DNA from: Patescibacteria group bacterium
GTDB lineage: Bacteria; Patescibacteriota; Microgenomatia; UBA1400; PJMF01
Direction of reading: 5' to 3'
Assembly (NCBI GenBank): GCA_041747555.1
Contig: JBGTEY010000013.1
Span: forward strand, 16,814 to 80,813
DNA: 64,000 bases
Positions 56,063-64,000 of the stretch are shown one piece after another. The notes under the pieces were generated by a model. The model worked only from the letters and a program-made list of their open reading frames with translations. It searched no databases and was not told where the DNA came from. A program made the position numbers and the translations under genes. Position 1 is the stretch's first letter; each line of letters begins with the position of its first letter.

Positions 56063-56942
56063 CTACGCTTGCGAGTGCCTCGGGCAAAGAGAGTAACTGC
56101 AATTGAGAGTCTCGAAGAAGTTTATCTGAATTGAGCGCAGTGTTTTGTTGATAGGGTCTTACGGTCGTTTTGAGGTATTCAACTAGCGTCGTTTTTTTTA
56201 TTGCATACTCAATTTCTAGTTGTTGCTGAATATGGGTTGCAAATTCAAAGTCACTGACTTTAGTATTGGTTGTACAGTGGTAGATACCAGCTTTTTTTTC
56301 AGTAATTGCCCAACGAAGCACTGTTGCAAAATCATCGATATATGTCGCCGCAAAGAAATGATCAGTAAATTGTGGATACAGTGAGTCTGTGAGCATTCCA
56401 CGAACAGTTCTTCGTACAACATCGTGACGAGCAAAATCATCAGATCTAAATGGCTGATCAATGCGAAAAACAGTATTCAAACAAGTACTATTTAGCACAG
56501 CCTCTTCTGCAATTGCTTTGGTTTTGCCATACCACTCGATAGGGTTTGGCGAATCCGATTCTATATACATTTCATTTTTTGTGCCATCAAATACATACGC
56601 TGTTGAAATATGAATTAAATGAACTCCATATTGTTCACAAGCGGCAATAATGTTTTGAGTACCAACGACATTAACCAGGAATGCGGGACCATTTTTATCT
56701 TCTGACTGCTCCCAAGCTGCTGTTACGTTCGTAAATGCTGCAAAATGGACAAGTGCCACTGGTTGTGTTTTTTCAATCAGTTCGAACACTTGCGATTTGT
56801 TGGTAATATCAACTGGATTAGTCTCACTGTTAATATCGGCAGGAATTATCTCAAAATCATCTGCAGCCTCTGAAACAAATTTTGACCCAATGAGACCATT
56901 GCTCCCTGTAACAATAACTGAAACTTTTTCTGTATTATCCAC
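56025..56942 (-). CDS. rmlD: dTDP-4-dehydrorhamnose reductase
   Basis: RmlD-type SDR (VIVTGSNGLIGS; YGKTK). Coupled to rmlC and rmlB. Confidence 0.65.
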   Translation of the reverse strand: MDNTEKVSVIVTGSNGLIGSKFVSEAADDFEIIPADINSETNPVDITNKSQVFELIEKTQPVALVHFAAFTNVTAAWEQSEDKNGPAFLVNVVGTQNIIAACEQYGVHLIHISTAYVFDGTKNEMYIESDSPNPIEWYGKTKAIAEEAVLNSTCLNTVFRIDQPFRSDDFARHDVVRRTVRGMLTDSLYPQFTDHFFAATYIDDFATVLRWAITEKKAGIYHCTTNTKVSDFEFATHIQQQLEIEYAIKKTTLVEYLKTTVRPYQQNTALNSDKLLRDSQLQLLSLPEALASVVIDLDALATDAT

Positions 56943-57477
56943 GAGTTAGTTCCCATACTTCAGATCCGAACACATCCCATGGCAGGCGCTGCTCGTCAGG
57001 ATCTTTCGCATTAAACTGTTGTGAAGTCGCATAAAACAAGGTCATATCACGATGATACGGATTAGAGACGCCATGAGCGACACCCTTTGGTATTCTCACC
57101 TGTACGGCGCTACCTGCGCCAAGGACGAGCCGCATATGGGTATCAAATGTCGGTGAGTCCTGACGTACGTCGTGTAAATTTACGAGGAGACGGTCATAGG
57201 GAGAAACAAACCATAAATCATCTTGCTCGTAATGTAAATGATATGCTTTGATAGTGCCTGGCACTACGACAGACATGCTTAACTGCCGAACTTCAAAAGA
57301 GTCTACCAAGCCCTCTACACGTCCTTCTGTGAGTCGAAATATTTCTGTAAAATTGCCACCGTCATCTTTGTGAAACGGACTCTTCATAAATTCAACACCA
57401 GTAATTGAAGGTGCTTTTGAGCCATACTCCTGAACTGTTACTTTTTTGTGGTATTTAGTGTGGATATCCATGATCAC
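56935..57477 (-). CDS. rmlC: dTDP-4-dehydrorhamnose 3,5-epimerase
   Basis: 180-aa cupin with AYHLHYEQDDLWFV and SPTF blocks. Operon context. Confidence 0.7.
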   Translation of the reverse strand: MIMDIHTKYHKKVTVQEYGSKAPSITGVEFMKSPFHKDDGGNFTEIFRLTEGRVEGLVDSFEVRQLSMSVVVPGTIKAYHLHYEQDDLWFVSPYDRLLVNLHDVRQDSPTFDTHMRLVLGAGSAVQVRIPKGVAHGVSNPYHRDMTLFYATSQQFNAKDPDEQRLPWDVFGSEVWELTRG

Positions 57478-58517
57478 TCCTGACTAATTGGTTGGTAGTT
57501 TTTCTCGTAAAAGTCTTTATTTGCTATTTTTAGTGGCTTCCACCAGGATTCATTGGCCTCATACCACTCAATTGTCTTTTGCAACCCTTCTTTGAGGCTA
57601 ACGGCTGGCTTCCACCCAAGATTTGTGGTAATTTTTGACCAGTTTACACTGTATCGCTCATCATGGCCAGCGCGGTCTTTTACGAATTCTAGCTGATCGC
57701 TTGGGGCATTCATGAGTTCAAGAATCATCGAAACAACGTCTATATTAGGAATATCTTGCGAAAGTCCACCAACCACATATGTTTCACCAAACTTTTTATT
57801 CTTGATTACTAAGTCGATTGCAGAGCAGTGATCTTGAACATACAGCCAATCCCTAACCTGTTTTCCATTTCCATAGATAGGTACTTTTTTGCCTTCAAGA
57901 ATGTTCGTAATCGCAAGTGGTACTAATTTTTCTGGAAACTGATACTCACCGTAGTTATTTGAACAATTGGTGATGGTGTATGGCAAACCATAGGTTTCAC
58001 CATATGCACGGACGAGATGATCTGATGCAGCTTTGCTGGCAGAATAAGGACTTCTGGGGTCATAATGAGTGTCCTCTGAAAATTGAGTATCTGCTTCTAG
58101 AGCTAGTGTGCCAAAAACTTCATCAGTAGAGATATGATGAAAATGCTGAATGTCATGACGAAGTGCCGCATCGAGCAACACTTGCGTTCCAAGAACATTT
58201 GTTTCTAGAAAAAGAGCTGGCTCGAGAATGGATCGATCAACGTGTGTTTCTGCAGCAAAGTGAACGATACGATTCACACTCTTAACTAATGAATCAACGA
58301 GAGCTGCGTCGCAAATTGAGCCTTTAACAAATGTGTATCGTGGGTCATCGGCAATCTGTACGTGATTTTCATTATTTCCCGCATAGGTCAGCGCGTCTAG
58401 ATTGATGATTGCATCATCTTGGTACGTTTTGAGCCAGTAGTGAATAAAATTTGATCCAATAAAACCAGACCCTCCTGTTACCAGGATCGTGCGTTGAGAT
58501 GTGCTTGCTGAGTTCAT
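57474..58517 (-). CDS. rmlB: dTDP-glucose 4,6-dehydratase
   Basis: ILVTGGSGFIGSNFIHYWLKTY...INLDALTYAGN and YSASKAASD (YxxxK). Confidence 0.9.
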   Translation of the reverse strand: MNSASTSQRTILVTGGSGFIGSNFIHYWLKTYQDDAIINLDALTYAGNNENHVQIADDPRYTFVKGSICDAALVDSLVKSVNRIVHFAAETHVDRSILEPALFLETNVLGTQVLLDAALRHDIQHFHHISTDEVFGTLALEADTQFSEDTHYDPRSPYSASKAASDHLVRAYGETYGLPYTITNCSNNYGEYQFPEKLVPLAITNILEGKKVPIYGNGKQVRDWLYVQDHCSAIDLVIKNKKFGETYVVGGLSQDIPNIDVVSMILELMNAPSDQLEFVKDRAGHDERYSVNWSKITTNLGWKPAVSLKEGLQKTIEWYEANESWWKPLKIANKDFYEKNYQPISQE

Positions 58518-58561
58518 ATGTCTATTATACGGTCTATTGTGGATGTTGGGAGTATCGGATT

Positions 58562-59704
58562 TTATGGAGTAGATACTTGCATGCCAAGTAATGACCTGAC
58601 AGTTGAGCTAAATTTCTCTGGATCGATGATGCGATACACCCACTGATTATTATACTCACTAACCGGTGGATGCTCAATTACCCCATTTTCATCTTCAGGA
58701 AAAATAGGAAGATTGTGGGCTATCATCTCAGGTTGCGCATCGTTTTCCACCAAGGTAAACCCAGTAGATAGCACTTCAGAAATAGGCAATTGTTTTTCAA
58801 ACGTTTCTTGATAGAGCACATACAACTTCGCTACAATCTCTGGATTAAACAAAACATCTCGCGATGTTATTTTTTGTATAAGTGACGTCAACACTACCTG
58901 TTGACGACGATTGCGTGCAACATCAGTAGCCTCCTCTGCAGTGTCACTATTTCGACTACGAATGTACTGGAGAGCTCGCTCGCCCGACATTTGTTGAGGG
59001 CCTTTTTCAAATGTGATGGCTTGATAGAGCTGCTCAGGATCAGTGACAGTAGTAACATCGACATCTGGTTTGGGAAAAGTAGAATCACTAAATCCAACCG
59101 GTACATCTACTTCAATTCCGTCGACTGCATCAATAATTCCCTCCAACGAACTGAGTGATATTAGAACCGTGTGATGAATGGGAACACCAGTTAATTCTGA
59201 AATAACTTCTTCTGAAAATTGCTCAGGACGGTCTGGGTATCGTTCAGCACCATAGACATAGAGCGCATTTATTTTCGTTTGATACGCTTCACTCCAGATG
59301 TCCCGTGGCAGCGGCAATGAGTTGACTTTTCCTGTCTGCAGATCTACAGAAATCAAAAGAATAGTATCTGAAAGTGCGGGACTTCCCGGTCTTGATTCTA
59401 AACTATCTAGTCCAAGTACCAGGAAATTTTTCTTTCCATTTGTGGCTGTTGGAGAAGTCTCATACGCTGTTCTCACCATTTGGATGAACTCGGGCGGAGT
59501 GGTGTTGCTGGCGTCAGTAAATTTGACAAATTGACGATACATAAAACCAGCCGCAACTATGCCAGTTATAAACAGCATAACAAAGGTAAAAACTAGCGAA
59601 AGTAGGGTAGTTTTAATCAAAATTCCTGCCAAAGATACAGTTTTTTCTGGGCGTACCTCAGTATCCGGGGCAATCTGGTCGAGATGTTCCTTCTTTTTCA
59701 CCAC
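58562..59704 (-). CDS. LytR-CpsA-Psr (LCP) family cell-wall glycopolymer ligase
   Basis: N-terminal TM, then NFLVLGLDSLESRPGSPALSDTILLISVD...SLPLPRDIW (LCP core). Confidence 0.7.
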   Translation of the reverse strand: MVKKKEHLDQIAPDTEVRPEKTVSLAGILIKTTLLSLVFTFVMLFITGIVAAGFMYRQFVKFTDASNTTPPEFIQMVRTAYETSPTATNGKKNFLVLGLDSLESRPGSPALSDTILLISVDLQTGKVNSLPLPRDIWSEAYQTKINALYVYGAERYPDRPEQFSEEVISELTGVPIHHTVLISLSSLEGIIDAVDGIEVDVPVGFSDSTFPKPDVDVTTVTDPEQLYQAITFEKGPQQMSGERALQYIRSRNSDTAEEATDVARNRRQQVVLTSLIQKITSRDVLFNPEIVAKLYVLYQETFEKQLPISEVLSTGFTLVENDAQPEMIAHNLPIFPEDENGVIEHPPVSEYNNQWVYRIIDPEKFSSTVRSLLGMQVSTP

Positions 59705-59728
59705 TTTATAGTATCACGAATACCAATG

Positions 59729-61450
59729 ATCATGGCTCTGGGTTACAATAGGTGGATGGTGAAGAAGATCTTATTCAGTCTCGTAATACTTGTAGTTATA
59801 GTTGGGTCATCGTGGTCTCTCTTTCGACCAGAATTTTTCCGGGTACATGATTATATTCACGCTGCTCGAATTTCTGAATTCAGTCGTGCATGGGCTGATG
59901 GCCATGTACCAGTTCGTTGGAGCGAAAATTTTGGGTATGGATACGGAATGCCATTGTTCGAGTTCTATGCGCCGTTACCATATGCAGTGGGCGCACTACT
60001 TTGGAGTGCAGGACTTTCAATTGTTTTGACCATAAAAACGCTTTATGTTTTATCTTCAGTAATAATGGTGGTTGGAAGTTTAAAACTTGGACGAGCGCTG
60101 TACGGCGGAGCGGGCGCTGTCATTCTTGCAACGCTCACAACGCTCGCTCCTTATCGAGCTGTAAACCTGTTTGTGCGCGGAGCAGTGAGTGAAGCCTGGG
60201 CAATGAGTTTTTTTCCTTGGATGTTGCTCGGAATTCTGCAGGTCTATCGAGGACAGCGATTTGGGTGGGTTACGCTGACGGTTTCGGTAGCTGGTGTTTT
60301 CCTTTCTCACAATCTTTCTGTTCTGATGGTATTGCCATTTGTACTTCTTTTTGCCGTGTACATTCTGTTAAAAGACCTACTTTCAAAAGAAAAAAAGATG
60401 GTATTTGCAGATATCCAAAGACCAATTTCAACTTGGATTTTGGCAATTGGATTGGCAGTTGGGATTGCAAGTTTTTATAGTATCCCTTCTTATTTCGAAA
60501 AAGACTTAACGCAAGTAGACTCAACCATACTTGGGGGATATTTTGATTTTAATCTTCACTTCTTATATGTTCGCCAATTGATTACACCTCTTTGGTCATA
60601 TGGTGGATCACAGTGGGGTCCCGAAGATGGTATTTCATTCTTTCTTGGTTACGCAACGCTACTTGGTATATTGGTGATCGGTGTGACAACCGCAAAAAAA
60701 TATGCGTTTAGTATTAGTAGCTTGATCAAAGAGCAAAAAGATCTTTTATTTTGGTCTGGTTGTGCAGGTATCGCACTTTTGCTGACGACATTTAAAGCGC
60801 AAACTCTCTGGCAAGCGATTCCTCTATTTGAATATCTGCAATTTCCATGGAGGTTTTTATCCCCAGCAGTTGTACTTTTAGGTTTAGCAATTGCGAGTGG
60901 AGTTCGATTATTTTCTTCAACCCGCGAAAGAGTGTATTTTGCTTTTGTAATTACACTGGTGGCACTATTTACACAAACGCCATATTTTCAACCAGAATCG
61001 TACCTTGATGATCCCGATTCACTCTATTACACCGATCCAGAGCGAATTCAATCTCAAATGAGTCAGATACTTCCTGACTTTATTCCAAAATCAATGAGCT
61101 TAGAAGTTCCTCCTACTTCACTAATACGTCCTGACATTGAGCATGAGCTTCTTATTGATAGAGTTCATCAGAAATTAATTTCATACTCACTGCTTGAGCA
61201 AAAAACAATCACTATAGCAATAGCCTCATATCCTGGATGGATTACAGAAATTGATGGCGAATTAGTTGATCATACAACCAGTGAAACAGGTTTGATTCAG
61301 GTAGCATTGCCAGAAGGAAATCACACTCTTGCCGTATCTCTTTCGAGAACATCCGTTCGTGCATTGGCAGACTCAATCTCAGGGATATCTATTCTCATTT
61401 TTATTGCGTTCCTCTATCGTGAGCATCACTCAATAGGAAAAAAATCATGA
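59729..61450 (+). CDS. Large polytopic membrane protein, possibly a GT-C type transferase/polymerase
   Basis: More than 12 TM helices. Conserved-looking loop RWSENFGYGYGMPLFEFYAPLPY. Located between the LCP and Wzx-like genes. Confidence 0.35.
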   Translation: MMALGYNRWMVKKILFSLVILVVIVGSSWSLFRPEFFRVHDYIHAARISEFSRAWADGHVPVRWSENFGYGYGMPLFEFYAPLPYAVGALLWSAGLSIVLTIKTLYVLSSVIMVVGSLKLGRALYGGAGAVILATLTTLAPYRAVNLFVRGAVSEAWAMSFFPWMLLGILQVYRGQRFGWVTLTVSVAGVFLSHNLSVLMVLPFVLLFAVYILLKDLLSKEKKMVFADIQRPISTWILAIGLAVGIASFYSIPSYFEKDLTQVDSTILGGYFDFNLHFLYVRQLITPLWSYGGSQWGPEDGISFFLGYATLLGILVIGVTTAKKYAFSISSLIKEQKDLLFWSGCAGIALLLTTFKAQTLWQAIPLFEYLQFPWRFLSPAVVLLGLAIASGVRLFSSTRERVYFAFVITLVALFTQTPYFQPESYLDDPDSLYYTDPERIQSQMSQILPDFIPKSMSLEVPPTSLIRPDIEHELLIDRVHQKLISYSLLEQKTITIAIASYPGWITEIDGELVDHTTSETGLIQVALPEGNHTLAVSLSRTSVRALADSISGISILIFIAFLYREHHSIGKKS

Positions 61451-62943
61451 CCGATGTCGCAACTACTCTTCCACTTGAAGCGGAGACTCAACTCGATACT
61501 GATGATCTCGATACGATTAAGAAAAAGTCAGTCAAAGGTGCAGTTTCTTACTTTGTTCGCACCATCTTGCTCAATATCATTGGTCTTGCAGCTGCTGTGC
61601 TTCTCAGTTTATTTTTTGAACCTGAAGATTTTGGAATCTATGGATTTGTGATTCAAATCATAGGCATACTTACTTTTTTCTCTGACATTGGGCTTGCTGC
61701 AGCATTAGTACAGAAAAAATTGGAACCAAGCACTAACGAGTATCGGACTGCATTTACAGTTCAACAAGTTTTATCTTGGGTGATTGTTTTGATCACCATT
61801 GCAATCATTTCAACAGGATGGGTAGAAGCAAAAACAGGGAGCGCTGGCGTCTGGATATTGATTGCGCTCGCGATTTCATTTCCCCTCGCAAGTCTTAAGA
61901 CTATTTCTTCTGTCATTCTAGAAAGAAAACTTGATTTTTCAAAACTTGTAATTCCAAGCATCGCTGAACAAATTGCATTTTATGGAATACTAGTATATCT
62001 GGCCTGGCAGGGATATGGTGCTATCGCTTATGCGTACGCAATAATTGTGCGGTCGGTATTGGGAAGCATTGTCATGCTTTTCATTCAGCCTTGGTCGTTT
62101 GGTGTAGCACTTCATAAAGAATCATTTAAATCACTTTTTTCATATGGTTTTAAATTTCAACTCAATGACTTTCTTGCTCGTATTAAGGATCAACTGTTTT
62201 ATCTAGCACTTGGTGCATTTTTACCTCTCAGAGAATTCGGAATGATAAGCTGGGCCAAGCAATGGTCTCTATATCCGTACAATTTAACAGTCCAAAATGT
62301 GATGGCAATAACCTTTCCAACATTTTCTCGCCTTCAGCACAATAAAGAAGCACTTAAGCGCGCAATCGAGAAAACCTTATTTTTTATCACACTCGTTATT
62401 TTTCCCATCATAACTGGCATGAGCGTCTTTATTGTCCCCCTGATTGCAACGTTTCCAGAGTATGCGAAATGGACTCCGGCTGTTATGAGTTTAATTCTTT
62501 TTAGCCTCAGCGTGGGATGGAGTGCGATATCTAGCCCACTCACGAATACACTGAATGCGATTGGAGAAATTTCCACTACACTTAAATTAATGCTCTTTTG
62601 GACAGCTGCAACCTGGTTTCTGACACCGCTTTTGGTCTGGCAATGGGGTTATAATGGTGTTGCAGCTGCGGCATTAATAATTAGTTTTTCATCATATTTA
62701 CCTGTTCACTATGTTCAAAAGCACATTCCGTTCTCGTTTTTTGATCAAATTTGGCGACAGTTGCTTGCAAGCATTGTGATGGCTGCGGTTGCTCTGATTG
62801 GACAGGATATTTGGTCCACCAACATGGTTCTACTCGCCACAGGCATGATTGTTTCGGGGTTAGTATATGGCGCTACAGTTTTACTACTGGGAAAAGATAA
62901 AACTTTAGGCGAAATCCGTGCTATTCTTAGGATGAGGAAATAA
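61447..62943 (+). CDS. Wzx-like polysaccharide flippase (MOP/PST family)
   Basis: About 498 aa with 12-14 TM, N-terminal cytoplasmic KKKSVKGA then helices. Coupled to GT2 genes. Confidence 0.6.
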   Translation: MTDVATTLPLEAETQLDTDDLDTIKKKSVKGAVSYFVRTILLNIIGLAAAVLLSLFFEPEDFGIYGFVIQIIGILTFFSDIGLAAALVQKKLEPSTNEYRTAFTVQQVLSWVIVLITIAIISTGWVEAKTGSAGVWILIALAISFPLASLKTISSVILERKLDFSKLVIPSIAEQIAFYGILVYLAWQGYGAIAYAYAIIVRSVLGSIVMLFIQPWSFGVALHKESFKSLFSYGFKFQLNDFLARIKDQLFYLALGAFLPLREFGMISWAKQWSLYPYNLTVQNVMAITFPTFSRLQHNKEALKRAIEKTLFFITLVIFPIITGMSVFIVPLIATFPEYAKWTPAVMSLILFSLSVGWSAISSPLTNTLNAIGEISTTLKLMLFWTAATWFLTPLLVWQWGYNGVAAAALIISFSSYLPVHYVQKHIPFSFFDQIWRQLLASIVMAAVALIGQDIWSTNMVLLATGMIVSGLVYGATVLLLGKDKTLGEIRAILRMRK

Positions 62944-62945
62944 CC

Positions 62946-63848
62946 ATGTCACTATCTGTTGTTATCAATACCAGAAATGCAGCCGAAACGCTCGAAGAGG
63001 CGCTAGAATCGGTCAAGTTTGCTGATGAAATAGTGATCATGGATATGGAAAGCAATGACGACACTGTAAAAATTGCATCTCAGTACACCGATAAAATCTT
63101 TACCCACCCCAAAGTAGGATTCGTTGAACCAGCTAGAAATGCTGCCATCGCGAAATCCACAAAGGAGTGGATCCTCATTCTAGATGCAGACGAAGTTGTG
63201 CCAGAAACCCTAGCTACCATTCTGGTACTAATCTCACGAAATGAACATCCAGATTTTCAGTCTATTGATTGCCTTAAAATTTCTCGAAAAAATATAATTT
63301 TTGGCGACTGGGTGCAATCAGCAGGATGGTGGCCTGATTACTTAATTCGTTTTTTTAAGAGACATGCGGTAACTTGGCCTGAAACGATTCATGCAGTTCC
63401 TGAAGTTTCAGGCACTATCTCTCAACTACCTGCAGAAGAAAAATACGCACTCATTCACAATAACTACACCTCGGTCAGTCAATTTGTCCAACGCCTCAAT
63501 AAATACACAAGCATTCAAGCGACACAAGGTGAGAGCACGACACTACCAGCGACCCCAGTTGATGTGTTATCAGATGAATTACTGCGACGATTATTTGTCT
63601 GGAATGGCATATCTGGAAGTTACCGTGGTTTATGTCTCTCAATTCTTCAAAGCTTAGCAGAGGTGGTGACCTACACTAAGATTCTAGAATCGAGATCTTT
63701 TGATGGTATTTTAGGTGAAAAAGAAAGTGTTGAGTCCTTGGAGCGACTCCAAAAATCATTAAGCTACTGGACTGCTGACTGGCATGTTCGGAACTCTATC
63801 GGAGTCGAAAAACTCTTCTGGATGATCCGCAGACGATTTGCGGTATAA
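62946..63848 (+). CDS. Family 2 glycosyltransferase-like protein
   Basis: LSVVINTRNAAETLEEALESVKFADEIVIMD, and ILDADE (DxD). Confidence 0.6.
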   Translation: MSLSVVINTRNAAETLEEALESVKFADEIVIMDMESNDDTVKIASQYTDKIFTHPKVGFVEPARNAAIAKSTKEWILILDADEVVPETLATILVLISRNEHPDFQSIDCLKISRKNIIFGDWVQSAGWWPDYLIRFFKRHAVTWPETIHAVPEVSGTISQLPAEEKYALIHNNYTSVSQFVQRLNKYTSIQATQGESTTLPATPVDVLSDELLRRLFVWNGISGSYRGLCLSILQSLAEVVTYTKILESRSFDGILGEKESVESLERLQKSLSYWTADWHVRNSIGVEKLFWMIRRRFAV

Positions 63849-63855
63849 TATCCCT

Positions 63856-64000
63856 GTGACACACATTTCTATAATTATAGTCAATTATAATACCCCTGAG
63901 GATACGACAGAATGTCTGCAGTCGTTACTCGATCTCCAGTTGGCCAAGATAACGCTGTCTGTTGTGGTGGTCGACAATGGTTCTCAGACACCGTATGCAT
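63856..64000 (+). CDS. Family 2 glycosyltransferase, 5' partial (runs off the window; GTG start)
   Basis: Translation VTHISIIIVNYNTPEDTTECLQSLLDLQL...VVVVDNGS is a canonical GT2 N-terminus. Not in the ORF track because it is truncated. Confidence 0.55.
   Translation, partial: MTHISIIIVNYNTPEDTTECLQSLLDLQLAKITLSVVVVDNGSQTPYA

Noticed and set aside
1-64000. CRISPR arrays or other tandem direct repeats
   Set aside because: No regularly spaced identical repeats were seen anywhere. The only repeated short motifs are the aspS operator boxes.

Overview
Gene-dense chromosomal segment of about 68 predicted genes, with no obvious mobile elements or CRISPR arrays. Gene content and the many short unannotatable ORFs suggest a small-genome, Gram-positive-like bacterium, possibly Patescibacteria/CPR; that assignment is an inference from gene repertoire only. 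Housekeeping genes are well supported: frr, rseP, secD, secF, a CCA-adding/poly(A) polymerase family enzyme, recJ, aspS, a D-Ala-D-Ala carboxypeptidase, fbaB (class I aldolase), an alpha-glucan phosphorylase, an M29 aminopeptidase, rdgB, ybaB, dnaX, ybeY, gltX, trmD and tRNA-Gln(CUG). Most of the window is cell-envelope glycan biosynthesis. This includes dTDP-L-rhamnose genes (rmlA at 17 kb; rmlBCD with an LCP ligase at 56-59.7 kb), a GDP-D-rhamnose/UDP-glucuronate block (ugd-rmd-gmd), and many GT2 glycosyltransferases. One GT2 is an 834-aa fusion of a Dpm1-like polyprenol-P-sugar synthase with a processive QxxRW synthase. There are also several GT-C polytopic transferases, a Gtr-like module (GtrA/GtrB fusion plus GT-C), a CsaB-like pyruvyl transferase and a Wzx-like flippase. 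Four observations stand out. First, a TasA/camelysin-family secreted protein carrying a SipW-cognate-type signal peptide, next to a second secreted protein and a CAP-domain protein (14.3-16.8 kb). Second, four tandem paralogous small proteins of unknown function (0.9-4.3 kb). Third, a terminator hairpin plus a triplicated palindromic CACGTG-type operator in front of aspS (29.75-29.9 kb). Fourth, a wHTH-nucleotidyltransferase fusion protein (23.3 kb). All calls rest on reading the translations and sequence by eye; no database search was run. Note that the ORF track writes GTG/TTG starts as M, so several true starts are internal ATGs and were adjusted.
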